NCBI GenBank assembly: GCA_963794945.1
Contig: CAWCFT010000009.1
Span: 64,001 to 128,000, forward strand
Length of the DNA stretch: 64,000 nucleotides
Direction of reading: 5' to 3'
From: Endomicrobiales bacterium
Lineage (GTDB): Bacteria > Elusimicrobiota > Endomicrobiia > Endomicrobiales > CAWCFT01
Part shown: positions 30,783 to 41,731 of the stretch, in pieces
Position numbering within the stretch: position 1 is the first letter of the stretch
Layout of the letters: each line of letters begins with the position of its first letter
Translations under genes and position numbers: made by a program
The notes under the pieces: model-generated
What the model saw: the letters and a program-made list of their open reading frames with translations, nothing else
Told to the model about the DNA's origin: nothing
Databases searched by the model: none

Positions 30783-31670
30783 TTAACTTGCATAATTCCG
30801 CGCCGTCCGCCAGTGGTGGGCCTCTACAACAGAGGCACGGCCTTCTGTTTGCTGTTTTTCATAAATGCTGTAAAATCTTCTCCCTGCTTTTCCCCACTTC
30901 TTTAAGAATTTCTTCTTGGCCGCGCGGCACACCGCGTCTATTCTTCCGTATTTGTGCTTGAATATTCCGGACTTCGTGGCTTTGCTGATAAAATGAAATA
31001 TAAAAACATTCATGGCATTAACCAGTTTGTACCCTGCCTTTTTTGCCCTGAACGAATATTCAAGGTCTTCACCGCTGCATGGATAGAACCTTTCGTCAAA
31101 CAGGCCTATTTTGTCGACAACGCTTCGTTTTATCAGCATGCACATTCCGTGAATATAAAGCGCCTCATCATACTGCCCTTTTCTACTCAGCGATAACATC
31201 ACCGCGGCTTTTTGGATTTCTTTTATATTTCTAAACCCGGCGATAGCTGGAAAAAGGCCATAATCGTTTATGACATTATTGCTCGCGCAGCCAACAATGC
31301 CTGTCTTTTTATCGCTTTCCGCGCAGCTTACCAGGCCCTCAAGCCAGTTAATAGTCACTATTACGTCATTGTTCAGATAACAAACATATTTACCTTCGGA
31401 TATATATATCCCGCGGTTTAACGCCCCGGATACGCCAAGGTTCCGTTTGCTTATTATCGGCTTAAACGCCCGTATCGAGCTCCTGGCTCCAACGGCCAGC
31501 CTGTTTTTAAGGGTTTTGAAATACTTTCCGGTGCCATCGGATGAACCGTTATCAATTACTATCAGTTCAAAAGGGTATGATGTGTATTTAAGTATGCTGT
31601 TAATGCACATCTTTGTGAATTTAAGCTCATTGAAACAAGGTATTATTATCGAGACAATATTTTCTGTCAT
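30783..31670 (-). CDS. Glycosyltransferase family 2
   Basis: VSIIIPCFN, IDNGSSDGT, YLNNDVIV, IGLFDERF..GEDLE. Confidence 0.9.
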   Translation of the reverse strand: MTENIVSIIIPCFNELKFTKMCINSILKYTSYPFELIVIDNGSSDGTGKYFKTLKNRLAVGARSSIRAFKPIISKRNLGVSGALNRGIYISEGKYVCYLNNDVIVTINWLEGLVSCAESDKKTGIVGCASNNVINDYGLFPAIAGFRNIKEIQKAAVMLSLSRKGQYDEALYIHGMCMLIKRSVVDKIGLFDERFYPCSGEDLEYSFRAKKAGYKLVNAMNVFIFHFISKATKSGIFKHKYGRIDAVCRAAKKKFLKKWGKAGRRFYSIYEKQQTEGRASVVEAHHWRTARNYAS

Positions 31671-31780
31671 ATAGAATTATTGATCTTTTTGCGGCCAGAA
31701 CCAGCTAATATTAGCAACAATAATTATAAAATAATGCGCAAGAGTTTTCCGGAAGAACAGAAAACATCAAACAAAGACGC

Positions 31781-32563
31781 TTAAAGTATTTTAAAAACAA
31801 CCTCGCTTTGCTTTTTTTCCTTAATTCTGACACTTTGCTCATATTGCCCTGTTATTTCATCTATATTTCCAAAACCCAGCTGTTCACCGTGATTTATGTA
31901 AAGCGCCCTTTTACAGTATTTTTTTATACTGCCGATCCCGTGCGAAATGAACAATATCGTGCTGCCACTATTAAGAAGCCTTTCGATCGCGCCGATGCAC
32001 TTAGTCTGGAATGAGGCATCGCCAACGGCCAACACTTCATCGATCATTATTATGCCGGAAACTGTTTGTATAACGGTAGCAAAAGCTAGGCGGGCTCTCA
32101 TGCCGGATGAATATTCTCCAAGCCTCGTTTCCATAAACCCGTCAAGCTCGGCGAATTCCGTTATTTCCGGCAGTTTTTGGTCTATTTGTTTTCTCGTCAT
32201 GCCGTGCAGAGCTCCGTAAAGATACACGTTCTCCACAGCGGTGAACCGCTGGTTAAAACCGAGCCCGAGCTCAAAAATACATGAAACCTCTTCCCTGACC
32301 ACGTAGCTCCCGACGGTCGGGGCCATGATACCTGAAAGGATCCTTAACAGGGTTGTTTTGCCCGCGCCATTCGGCCCGATAATAGGCAGCATCTCTCCCC
32401 TGTTCACCGTAATGTTTATATCACGCAGCGCCCAAAAATCTTTTGTAGGGTATTCACCGCTCAACTTATACTTTAAAGTTGTAAACAGCGTATGCCTTTC
32501 TTTTGTGCCTATCCTGAATTTTTTAGATAGGCCCTTGGTCTCTATCAATGGTTCGTTCAGCAT
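31781..32563 (-). CDS. wzt: Polysaccharide ABC exporter ATP-binding subunit (Wzt/TagH-like, no C-terminal sugar-binding domain)
   Basis: FWALRDI, GPNGAGKTT, YSSGMRARLAFA, IDEVLAVGDASFQTKC. Confidence 0.88.
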   Translation of the reverse strand: MLNEPLIETKGLSKKFRIGTKERHTLFTTLKYKLSGEYPTKDFWALRDINITVNRGEMLPIIGPNGAGKTTLLRILSGIMAPTVGSYVVREEVSCIFELGLGFNQRFTAVENVYLYGALHGMTRKQIDQKLPEITEFAELDGFMETRLGEYSSGMRARLAFATVIQTVSGIIMIDEVLAVGDASFQTKCIGAIERLLNSGSTILFISHGIGSIKKYCKRALYINHGEQLGFGNIDEITGQYEQSVRIKEKKQSEVVFKIL

Positions 32564-33327
32564 ATCTTTTCCACAAAGAATCCTTCCATTTTTTTAAACA
32601 ACCTGTATCCCACGATCAAAATTACTGTCGAGAGCACGAATACATAAATAAGCCCCGGCAGGTCGGGGAATTTATTGTCGATTAATATTTGCCTGGTAGC
32701 TTTTATAATATGCGTCATAGGGTTAAGGAGGATTATCCTCTGCTTGCCTACGCTAAGCATATCCATTGAATAGAATATCGGAGTTATGAATATGCCTATG
32801 CTCATCAGTATGCCCCATATCCTTGATATATCAAGAAAATATACGCCTATTGTGGCAAGAACAAAAGAGAGCGCGACCACAAGATAAATATTCAAAGCGA
32901 GTATCGGGAGCAGTAGAATAACTTTTATGCCAACGTGCCCTTTAATAATAAGAAAGACAACTATCAATATAAATAATTCCAGCAAATGGATGTAGAGAGC
33001 GGACAATACCGAGCACATGACCAGCACCGACTTCGGGAAGTTTATGCTTTTAATATACATGCTGTACCTGATAAGCACAAAAATGGCCGAGCTCGTAGCG
33101 GACGCAAAAAAGTTCCATTGAACGAAACCTATGATCAGGTAAAGAGGGAAATCCGGTATACGCGAGCCCATCCATTTTACGAACAATCCGTAAAGGACAA
33201 GATAGTAGATCAGCGGATTGAGCAACGTCCACAAGAATCCCGCGACCGTACCCTGATCCCTCATTTTGAAATCAGCCGTGGCAAGAGAGAAAACCATCGT
33301 CCAGTAATTTTTCTTGAGCATTTCCAT
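32557..33327 (-). CDS. wzm: Polysaccharide ABC exporter permease (Wzm/TagG-like)
   Basis: GFLWTLLNPL, FITPIFYS, LNPMTHII; about six TM helices. Confidence 0.88.
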   Translation of the reverse strand: MEMLKKNYWTMVFSLATADFKMRDQGTVAGFLWTLLNPLIYYLVLYGLFVKWMGSRIPDFPLYLIIGFVQWNFFASATSSAIFVLIRYSMYIKSINFPKSVLVMCSVLSALYIHLLELFILIVVFLIIKGHVGIKVILLLPILALNIYLVVALSFVLATIGVYFLDISRIWGILMSIGIFITPIFYSMDMLSVGKQRIILLNPMTHIIKATRQILIDNKFPDLPGLIYVFVLSTVILIVGYRLFKKMEGFFVEKIC

Positions 33328-33499
33328 TATTACGCCGGATCTCCTTCAAAACATGGGCACAGGCAAACAGTCGAAAGGGCCTGAATAAATATTGAACGCG
33401 GGGCTAATAAGCAACCCAGCGTTCCCTGTATTCGCGTTCATTAAGCTCACTGTTCATTGACACCGGATTTTGAATATTTAATACAAACCACCCCAACAC

Positions 33500-34461
33500 T
33501 CAGTTTATGCCTTTTTTAAATGACCTGAGAGCATACCCTATACATCCTCCGTGGCATGTTTTTCTGATAAAATGCTTGCATTTACGGCACTTCGGTTCTG
33601 CTCCAAGCTCTTGTATATTTTTAAACCTGTCATTAAAATATTTATCCGCGTCTCTCACAGTATTAAAATCATTCATCGAAGCGTTGAACAACCCCGATGT
33701 TGCAAAGCATCTCCACATAGTTAAATCTATATTTATGTCATTTGCACCCTTGCAGAATAACAATGGAAAATTATCATCATAGTACAACTGTCCAATCTGC
33801 TTTTTTGTAAAACTGCATAGCCTGAAGCCGCAATCGAAATCTATTCTAATATTATGCTTGTCACATTCTTTAGAAAAACTTACAACATATTTTCCGATTT
33901 GCCCGTGGTCCAGTGCTGACAAATGTTTGTTGCCGCCATCAGCTAACGGAGCAGCTAACCCCAGCCTGACCACCTTTTTTAAATTATATTTTCTTATTAA
34001 ACTGATAAGCCAACTACCATTAAAGTTTCTGTCATGTATGGTATAACCTGCTCTTGCTATTTTATTGAGCCCTTTCATTGTTTTATTAAGTATTTTCCAA
34101 GACTTAATAGAATAGCTTTCGGGGTTATTTACGTTTAAAATGACATTTACTTTTTTCGGGTCGACCCCCTTCAAATATTGCAACACCTTGTCTTTCATAA
34201 TGCCGTTTGAAAATATTCTAACACTTATCCCTGACTTCAAGATCATATCAATAGCCGCATTAAATTGCGGATGAAGAGTCAGCTCGCCCCAAGTATTCCC
34301 AAAGTATTTTCATTGGATTTTTTCGCGAAATTAATTACTTTATTTATATTTTCAAGAGTAACATAATGATCCTCTCCTGCGCTTTTTGTGTCTTGTATTT
34401 TGCCTTTTGCAAAACAATACTGGCATTTTAGATTACAGATATTTGTGAACAGGACATTCAT
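33500..34461 (-). CDS. Radical SAM protein with SPASM-like C-terminus (one frameshift near 34285)
   Basis: CNLKCQYCF in 34279-34461; G(G)ELTLHP junction; FDCGF, CRKC..F..KTCHGGC in 33500-34246. Confidence 0.8.
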
Positions 34462-34683
34462 TGTTTCCTCTTTTTAAGGGCCGTCTAGCCATTGCAATAG
34501 AACAAAAAGGTACTGTAAAACCAAATTAAAGTGTCGTAGGTATCAATGAAATATTTTACAGATAGGCTGAAGAAAGGAATTATATATGCTGTCTTATTAG
34601 TGGTTCCCATGTCAATGAAGTGCTATAACCAACCGAGTTAAATGGATATATATTAGATTATAACTTGCAAATGAAGGCTAAAA

Positions 34684-34759
34684 TGGAGGTGCGGGTCGGA
34701 GTTGAACCGACGAATGACGGTTTTGCAGACCGCCCCCTTAACCACTTGGGTACCGCACC
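34684..34759 (-). tRNA. tRNA-Cys (GCA)
   Basis: GGTGCGGTACCCAAGTGGTTAAGGGG GCGGT CT GCA AA ACCGT...GGTTCAACTCC...TCCA. Confidence 0.96.
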
Positions 34760-34771
34760 AAAAGAGATAAA

Positions 34772-34800
34772 AGTATACATAAAATACCGTTTTATGTCAA
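34772..34800 (-). promoter_or_regulatory. tRNA-Cys promoter TTGACA-17-TATACT
   Basis: Near-consensus hexamers with 17-nt spacer. Confidence 0.75.
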
Positions 34801-34827
34801 CATTCCATCAAACATTCCATCAAACGT

Positions 34828-35535
34828 CTATCTAGATGCGTTTATAATACCCCTAACTTTTTTAACGCATTCATTTGAATGGCTTAAAATACTCTTCTCT
34901 TGAAAACGAGCCACTTTCCAGCCATGCCTGCGCAGGAAACTATCTTTTGCCTTATCCTTCCTTTTCTGAGCCCTGCCCGAGTGCGCCTTGATATTATCGC
35001 ACTCAATAGCTATCTTCACACTTCTTTGGAGTACAACCAGGTCAATCCGAAACCTTTTTCCTTTAACCGATACACTGAACTCTCTTTTCGTTTTTATGCC
35101 GGCGCGGTGTAGCGCTCTTTCCAATATGCTTTCGGTATCAGGCACTCCGTAAAGTTGGAGGATATTCCGTGCGGAAAGCAACGTCTTTAGTTCAGTGAAC
35201 CCGAAAGACACCCTGCGCGGTACAATATTTTTTATCGGCCTTGCCAGTTTAATTATTTTCTTAAATTCGTACTTATAATATTTACACTCCGCACTCGGAT
35301 GCCCGCCCTCATTGGGCAGCAGATATTTCCTTTTAACTTTCCTCTTTTTCGATATACGTGCATAAAATTCTATGCGCTTCCCTCTCTTGCCGAATAATGA
35401 AGGCTGGTAAAAAGCGATGTAGTCGAATTTTCGCTTAAATGAAAAGGCCACCGGTATCCTGTACCAGTGGTCTTTCAAAAGGATATCAAGATCTATCCGG
35501 CGCTTCAACACCCCAACCAAAACATTTTTTACCAT
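34828..35535 (-). CDS. DUF559/Vsr-like endonuclease-domain protein
   Basis: HWYRIP N-terminus; FRIDLV..KIAIECD..AH..DKAKDSFLRRHGWKVARF. Confidence 0.75.
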   Translation of the reverse strand: MVKNVLVGVLKRRIDLDILLKDHWYRIPVAFSFKRKFDYIAFYQPSLFGKRGKRIEFYARISKKRKVKRKYLLPNEGGHPSAECKYYKYEFKKIIKLARPIKNIVPRRVSFGFTELKTLLSARNILQLYGVPDTESILERALHRAGIKTKREFSVSVKGKRFRIDLVVLQRSVKIAIECDNIKAHSGRAQKRKDKAKDSFLRRHGWKVARFQEKSILSHSNECVKKVRGIINASR

Positions 35536-35546
35536 AAAGTGAAACT

Positions 35547-35645
35547 CCGCCAGCAGGAGCTGGCGGCTTTTTTACTACGCCAACAACCTGCGTGTCGCCT
35601 TCGGCGGCCGCCTAGCCATCCTCAAACAGGAGCTTGGGGTTTAAC
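35547..35645. repeat. Palindromic element resembling REP or IS200/IS605-type ends
   Basis: CCGCCAGC-AGGA-GCTGGCGG hairpin plus second AGGAGCT half; no transposase nearby. Confidence 0.35.
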
Positions 35646-35710
35646 ATGGCGGACTAATTGATCTATAAAATACTTTTATATTTATTCAAAACTGCCGCCG
35701 TGCGCAGCGC

Positions 35711-36224
35711 TTACAGGCGCTGCTCAGAAAGGCCCATGTGATCCGTCTCAATTTCAACAAGAGCTGTAAATATCTGTTTTATTCTTTCATCGGTTGATTC
35801 CGCCGCGCTTTTTTATAAAACTCTATGGCGCGAATTTCGCGTTTATGGGACTCTTCGAGATTCTCATTATTAATCACAAAACATTGCTCCGAACCCTTAG
35901 GCGTCGCATCAAGCTTCAGTATTTTTTTCCACATGGCCGCATGTTCGGCTTCTACTTTGGCAAGCGCTTTAAATAATTGTTTGCCTTCAAGGTCATTAGT
36001 CTTGCCGGCTGCAGAAATAGAATGTCGAATTGCTTACCTCTACCTGCAGGGCGTGCTCAGCATTCTCCTTATCTTTCGCGTTCAAACTTACATTAAAGTT
36101 CACATTAGCGGCTTTCGCATTTTTGATGTATTGCCTGTGAGCGCCGCAAAACGGACAGTTATCCGGCGGATTTTCGCCGAATGTATGGGTCTCCGCAAAT
36201 CTCGCATCTCCAAAGTTTAGCCAT
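35711..36224 (-). CDS. Reverse-rubrerythrin-like protein (rubredoxin + ferritin-like), about 3 frameshifts, absent from ORF track
   Basis: Manual translation: MAKLWRCEICGDPYI/GENPPDNCPFCGA...QVEVSNSTFY...VEAEHA...REIRAIEFY...IETDH; SD GAAGGAG. Confidence 0.8.
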
Positions 36225-36270
36225 TTTGTTCTTCTCCTTCGACCCTAGGCTTTCCGGGTGATATCAGTTA

Positions 36271-37351
36271 TTATATAAAAGACAACAGTTTTTTATTATT
36301 TGTGAATGTTTTGACCTGCTCCAGCAGGAAATTCATTGCCTCTTCCGGCTTCTTATGGGATAATATTTTTCTCAAGTCGATTATTGATTTGATGTCTTCC
36401 TTATCATAGAGCAGTTCTTCTTTTCTTGTGCCGCTTTCCATTATATTGATGGCCGGAAATATTCGTTGCTCTGCCAGCGCCCTGTCCAAAACTATTTCAC
36501 AGTTTCCCGTGCCCTTGAATTCCTGAAAAATAAGGTCGTCCATGCGCGAACCCGTGTCGACCAGCGTTCGTGGCGAGTATAGTGACCGAGCCGCCATTCT
36601 CTATTTTGCGGGCTAGGCCGAGGAAACGGCGCGGTATCTGCAGCGCTTCGCTATCCACCCCCCCGGACATGGTCCGGCCGCTTGACGAGCCCCTCTGATT
36701 GAAAGCCCGCGCCATGCGGGTCAGGCTGTCAACAAGTATTACCACATCCTTTTTGCATTCCAATTCTATCCTTATCTGCGCTAATACAAGTTCTGTCAGC
36801 GCGACGTGTTCCGCTACCGTGCGGTCGCTGCTGCTTGCGATAACCTCCGCATCGACACCGCGTTTGAAAAATGTTACTTCTTCGGGCCGTTCATCTATAA
36901 GTAATACTATTATCCGTGCGTCGCCATCAGCCTCGCGAATGGTCTTTGCGATCTTCATCAAAAGCGTTGTCTTGCCCGCTTTTGAAGGTGAAACTATTAG
37001 CCCTCTGGTACCTTTGCCGATGGGGGTAATCAGGTCAAGTATCCGCATACTGATATCCGTTGACTTTGAAAGATCGAACCTTTCATTTGGGTCTACAGCT
37101 GTCAGCTCATCGAACGGTGTCCTATTGGAGAACTCACTTGGAGAAAGGCCGCAGATGGTATCTATCGAAGTGATCTGTTTATTTTCTTCTTTCCCTTCGA
37201 CAAAAGCGCCGGATATAAGATGATACTGTTTGACTGATGCCTGAGGCACAACAACATCATCAGCGCACGGGACAAATGATCTTTTAGGGTCGCGCAGCGC
37301 CCCCGCTCCATTGCGCGTGAATTGAAAAATACCTTTTGTTTGTATAGACAT
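36271..37351 (-). CDS. rho: Transcription termination factor Rho, compact form (one frameshift near 36570)
   Basis: PIGKGTRGLIVSPSKAGKT, LLIDERPEEVT, DSLTRMARAFN, FQEFKGTGN, SGTRKEELL. Confidence 0.9.
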
Positions 37352-37718
37352 TTATTTATTCCTTTTAACTAAACAATCATCAACATAACAATGACAAATC
37401 AATTTGATGTTCACTTATAGTCCGAATGATGAATGGAGGTGCGTGTTGGTTAGTTTCTTGCATCAATTATATCAAATTATGCGAAATATAGTATGTTTTA
37501 GCTAAAATATATTTATGTTTAATATATTTGCGTTTATCCCGGTTGAAATTCTTTCAAAATGCATAGAATTAAGTCAGTAGAAACACGAAATATACTATTT
37601 TAAACGAACGAGGTTAAATGTATAATTTTTACTAATGCATCTTAATGACAGCGCGAAGCGGGAGGTGATCCTCTAAGTCCTCATACAGTAAATATTTACG
37701 ATAAAAGGAGACCGTACC

Positions 37719-38129
37719 ATGAAAACTTCTATACTAGCGTTAGTTTTATCGGCAGTGGTCATCATGTTCGCAGGATATTTATCAGCTGACGATAATGGAT
37801 TTGTGTGCCCGTTGGACAAAAAAACAGCAAAAAAAATGATGGATGAAGACCACGCGAAAAGAGTCGCTTACTACACCACATTGCTAAACCTCACACCGGA
37901 TCAGAGTAAAAAGATCTCAGATATCATGGTTGAATACAGGGACAGGCAGCTTGCCAAAAAAGACGAGTTCATTCAAAGCCAGGTAGATGCCGTAAATGAA
38001 TCAGATAGAAAAATTAAGGCGGTATTGACGCCTGAACAGGTTGACAAATATAAGGAAGCGCAAAGCAATCAGAATAAAACTCTTGGTGATAAAATGAGGG
38101 ATTGGTTCCAGAGCGGGATGTGTTATTGA
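37719..38129 (+). CDS. Secreted helical protein, Spy/CpxP-like
   Basis: Signal peptide; LNLTPDQ and VLTPEQ motifs; SD AAGGAG. Confidence 0.6.
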   Translation: MKTSILALVLSAVVIMFAGYLSADDNGFVCPLDKKTAKKMMDEDHAKRVAYYTTLLNLTPDQSKKISDIMVEYRDRQLAKKDEFIQSQVDAVNESDRKIKAVLTPEQVDKYKEAQSNQNKTLGDKMRDWFQSGMCY

Positions 38130-38163
38130 ACCGGCTGATAACCGTGTTAAAATATGCTTGTTA

Positions 38164-38559
38164 CTAAGGATGTTCGTATTCTTTGATCCAGCACATGGCT
38201 TCATCCATCGACTTGAACACTATAGATTTCAGCGCTTCAGGGTCTTTCTGTATTGTTGCCGCGTAACCGGTATATACACGGGCTAAGCCGTACTTTAACA
38301 GGCCTGACACAACTATCAGGTCTATACAACCCCGCCTCGCTTTTCCGGAAACACTGACCTGTGTTCCAAGTTTTTTTATATCAACATTGTTAAGTTTACC
38401 TATTTCTGCCGCGGTAAAATCCCATATCGTGTACTTTGTAAGATCTCCTCTGTAGTACAAGTCTATCGCCTCTCTCAACTCTTCGTAGCTGATCTCCCCC
38501 TCCATAGTGTAAACAGCGATATCGAACTGAAGATCTTTCGATAAAATAATCTTTCCCAA
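38164..38559 (-). CDS. Hypothetical protein (STAS/SEC14-like)
   Basis: EGEIS..EL, TIWDF, YGLARVY, VFKSMDEAMCWI; SD GGGAGG. Confidence 0.6.
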   Translation of the reverse strand: MGKIILSKDLQFDIAVYTMEGEISYEELREAIDLYYRGDLTKYTIWDFTAAEIGKLNNVDIKKLGTQVSVSGKARRGCIDLIVVSGLLKYGLARVYTGYAATIQKDPEALKSIVFKSMDEAMCWIKEYEHP

Positions 38560-38735
38560 TCACCCCTCCCTTGAGACCGGCATGACTCAGTCGTTTTTCT
38601 ATAAGGCAGTTGTAAAACTATAACAGATTTATCTTCATTTTCAAGCGCTAAATAGCGATTTATGTGATATAATACATTCCCAACTTAATGTGGCTGTGCT
38701 AATTTGTGCCAATTTAAACAACCTAGGCGGTATAA

Positions 38736-40618
38736 ATGTCTCTGATCAGTTTACGCAATATCAGCATAACGTTTGACGGGCCTCCGATACTTGGGGATCT
38801 CTCCCTGGACATCCACAAGGGCCAGCGCATCTGCATTCTTGGCCGCAACGGCACGGGCAAATCAACGCTCATGCGAATTATAAACGGAGAAATTAAACCT
38901 GACTCGGGAGAGATAATAGTTTCACCAGGCTTGAAAATCTCGTATCTGGCGCAAGACGTCCCGGAGAATATCACCGGATCGGTATTCGATGTTGTCGCGG
39001 CGGGCGCAGGCAAGATAGGCGAAAGCCTTGCCCAGTACCATCACCAGCTTGAGAACCCGACTGATGATAACCTGCTTCACACCCTTCAGCACGAACTTAC
39101 CGAGCACGACGGCTGGAAAATAGAGGCGGTGGTAAACCGTGTCCTGGAACAAGTACAGGTTAGCCCCGATGTAGAGTTTTCATCCCTGTCGGGCGGGATG
39201 CGCCGCAGGGTTTTTCTTGCCAGGGCCCTGGTCAGGGAGCCCGACCTTCTTTTACTTGATGAGCCCACCAACCACCTGGACCTCGAGTCCATCAAGTGGC
39301 TAGAAGATTTTCTGCTGTCCGCTCGTCTTACCGTAATGTTCGTTACCCACGACAGGCGGCTTCTAAAAATTTTGGCGACACGGATAGTTGAGATAGACCG
39401 CGGCAGGATAATAGACTGGAGCTGTGATTACACCACTTTTCTTGAAAGAAAACAGGCCGTTTTAGATAACGAAGAAAAAGCTAACGCTGATTTCGACAAA
39501 AAACTCGCGCAGGAAGAGATATGGATACGGCAGGGCGTAAAGGCCCGCCGCACCAGGGCTGAGGGCCGCGTCAACGCGCTCAAGAAAATGCGCGAGGAAC
39601 GCAGGATGCGCAGGGACCGCACCGGCAATGTTTCCATGGCCATCAGCGCCGGGGACCGTTCCGGCGACAGGGTGCTTGAAGCAAAGAACGTGTCGTTCTC
39701 TTACGAAGACAAACCGATACTTAAGGGCTTCTCTTATTACCTTACCCGCGGAGAACGTGTTGGAATTATAGGCCCCAACGGCTGCGGAAAGACCACGCTG
39801 CTTAATATTTTGCTCGGAAAACTCCAGCCCCAAAGCGGCCATATCGAGCTCGGCTCAAATGTGCTTACATTATATTTCGATCAGTTGCGCAAGGGCATAG
39901 ACCCCGAGAAGACCGTTTGGGAGAACGTGGCCTCCGGCGGCGACAACGTGTACATAAACGGAAGGCCCCGCCATATAATAAGCTACCTTCAGGATTTCCT
40001 TTTCACGTCAGAACGAGCCAGAACCCGCGTTAAGTGGCTCTCCGGCGGCGAACGCCACCGCCTCTTGCTCGCCCGTTTGTTCACTATGCCTTCGAACCTG
40101 CTGGTTTTCGATGAGCCTACGAACGACCTTGATACCGAAACTCTCGAACTTCTCGAAGAGGTCCTTCTGCAGTACGAAGGAACACTGATAGTTGTAAGCC
40201 ACGACCGCGAATTTCTAAATAACGTAGTGACCTCGGCCCTGATATTCGACAACGGCCGTATCAAAGAGTATATCGGCGGTTATGATGATTGGGAGCGCCA
40301 GATAACTCACGCGGCCGAACAGGAGAAACCGGAGCTTGCCCCCCAAAAAAAACCCGCCCCGCGCAGCCGGCGGCAAAGGGCCCGAGAAAGATGTCTATGA
40401 AAGAAAAGCGCGAATTCGAAGCCATGCCGGCCGTTATCGACGCTCTTGAGGCTGAACAACACAATATCAACGCTCAACTGGCTGATTTTACTCAGTGCCA
40501 GAAACCCGGCTTTGTCACGCAGTCAAAAACCCGCCTTTCGGAAATTGAATCGGAACTCTCTAAAACATATTTGCGCTGGGCCGAACTTGAAGCTCTTTCC
40601 AAAGACAAGGCAAAATAA
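38736..40618 (+). CDS. uup: ABC-F family ATPase Uup (one frameshift near 40360)
   Basis: Two ABC domains, WIRQGVKARRTR linker, C-terminal coiled coil ending LRWAELE in ORF 40289-40618. Confidence 0.9.
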
Positions 40619-40620
40619 TA

Positions 40621-40734
40621 GGGCGGTTTTATTTGGACCTGGCCCACACCTCAACAACAACAACATCTACATCAACTTCCACTTCTACTGCTACTGCTTT
40701 TGAGCCTGGCCCTATGTCTCTAATAAAACCGCCC
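40621..40734. repeat. 13-bp inverted repeat enclosing a 6-nt periodic tract, between convergent genes
   Basis: GGGCGGTTTTATT...AATAAAACCGCCC; inner direct repeat CCTGGCCC; CAACAA/CTACAT/CAACTT/CTACTG units. Confidence 0.6.
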
Positions 40735-40746
40735 GTTATATATCTT

Positions 40747-41421
40747 TTATCTTCTTAAAATGCTTAATGAATTACCGCCTTGCGACAGCGTTTCAAGGAA
40801 CAAAATACCGCTTATCGCCAGCAGCCCCGAAAGCGCGAGTATCGTCGGGTTTATACCAATAACCGCAAGCACCCCTACCGCAAGCGCTCCGAGCCCGCCC
40901 AGTGTCCTGATGTCCGCCGATGCGGCCGATATCGATATCATCACGTTTTTAGCGAACTGGTTCTTCATCGTCCTGCTCGCCTGCAGGGAATTGATCATCG
41001 CTATGCTTCCCGCGCCAAAAGCTATCGCCGCGCCGAATATTATTACCGCGATAGAATTGAGCGCCATCGAATTAATGCCCAACAGGGCTATAATCCCAAG
41101 CGTCACGCCGCTTATGCCCGCGATAGTTTCAACCGAAGTTCCGCCTGGCGTAATACTAAGGTCCGCCGCGCTCTCGCCTATATCCTGCACTATTGAAGAA
41201 AACCTTCCCATAACAGCGCCCGCCTCTATTATCAGGCCGGCTCCCAACGCTATCGACGCGATAGATAGCATCATCTCCGGAAGAGCGCCTGCCAGGCCAA
41301 TTATCGCTATCACTCCGGCTGCAAGCCCAACGATGCCTTCCATCATCGAACCTCTCGCGATGGTTTTACTCTGCCTTCTTTCAACAAGAACTTTTTCCAA
41401 CACCTGCTGATTAGTCTCCAT
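40747..41421 (-). CDS. Gly/Ala-rich multi-pass membrane protein
   Basis: About six hydrophobic helices in three repeated hairpin units; SD AGGGG. Confidence 0.65.
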   Translation of the reverse strand: METNQQVLEKVLVERRQSKTIARGSMMEGIVGLAAGVIAIIGLAGALPEMMLSIASIALGAGLIIEAGAVMGRFSSIVQDIGESAADLSITPGGTSVETIAGISGVTLGIIALLGINSMALNSIAVIIFGAAIAFGAGSIAMINSLQASRTMKNQFAKNVMISISAASADIRTLGGLGALAVGVLAVIGINPTILALSGLLAISGILFLETLSQGGNSLSILRR

Positions 41422-41573
41422 TGTATCCCCCTATCATTGAATTTGTGCCCGCGTTCTACACAATTATTGTTTATCAAATATTGTTTAAAATATCACTGAT
41501 CTGTTTGAACCAGGCACTGCCATATTTCCACCGCCATAATTGAGCCCTCATCGACAATTGAAACCTTCAATTT

Positions 41574-41662
41574 TGTCATTTCGATCCCGTATGAGCGGGA
41601 GAGAAATCTTCCCTGTTGTCATAGACAAGATCCCTCTCCGCCTCTGGCGGATCGGGATGACC
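41574..41662. repeat. Palindromic TGTCAT/ATGAC repeat element
   Basis: TGTCATTTCGATCCCG..GGGAGAGAAATCT / AGATCCCTCTCCGCCTCTGGCGGATCGGGATGAC. Confidence 0.7.
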
Positions 41663-41731
41663 AACACCTAACTTAATTGGAAATACTCTTTAAGGCATGA
41701 CATGCTTGCAAGGATTTTTTAACTTTTTAAT

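Noticed and set aside
37432..37449. 16/18 match to the tRNA-Cys 3' end as a possible att site
   Set aside because: It lies upstream of the tRNA, the wrong side for an integration scar of the island; short, and no integrase is present
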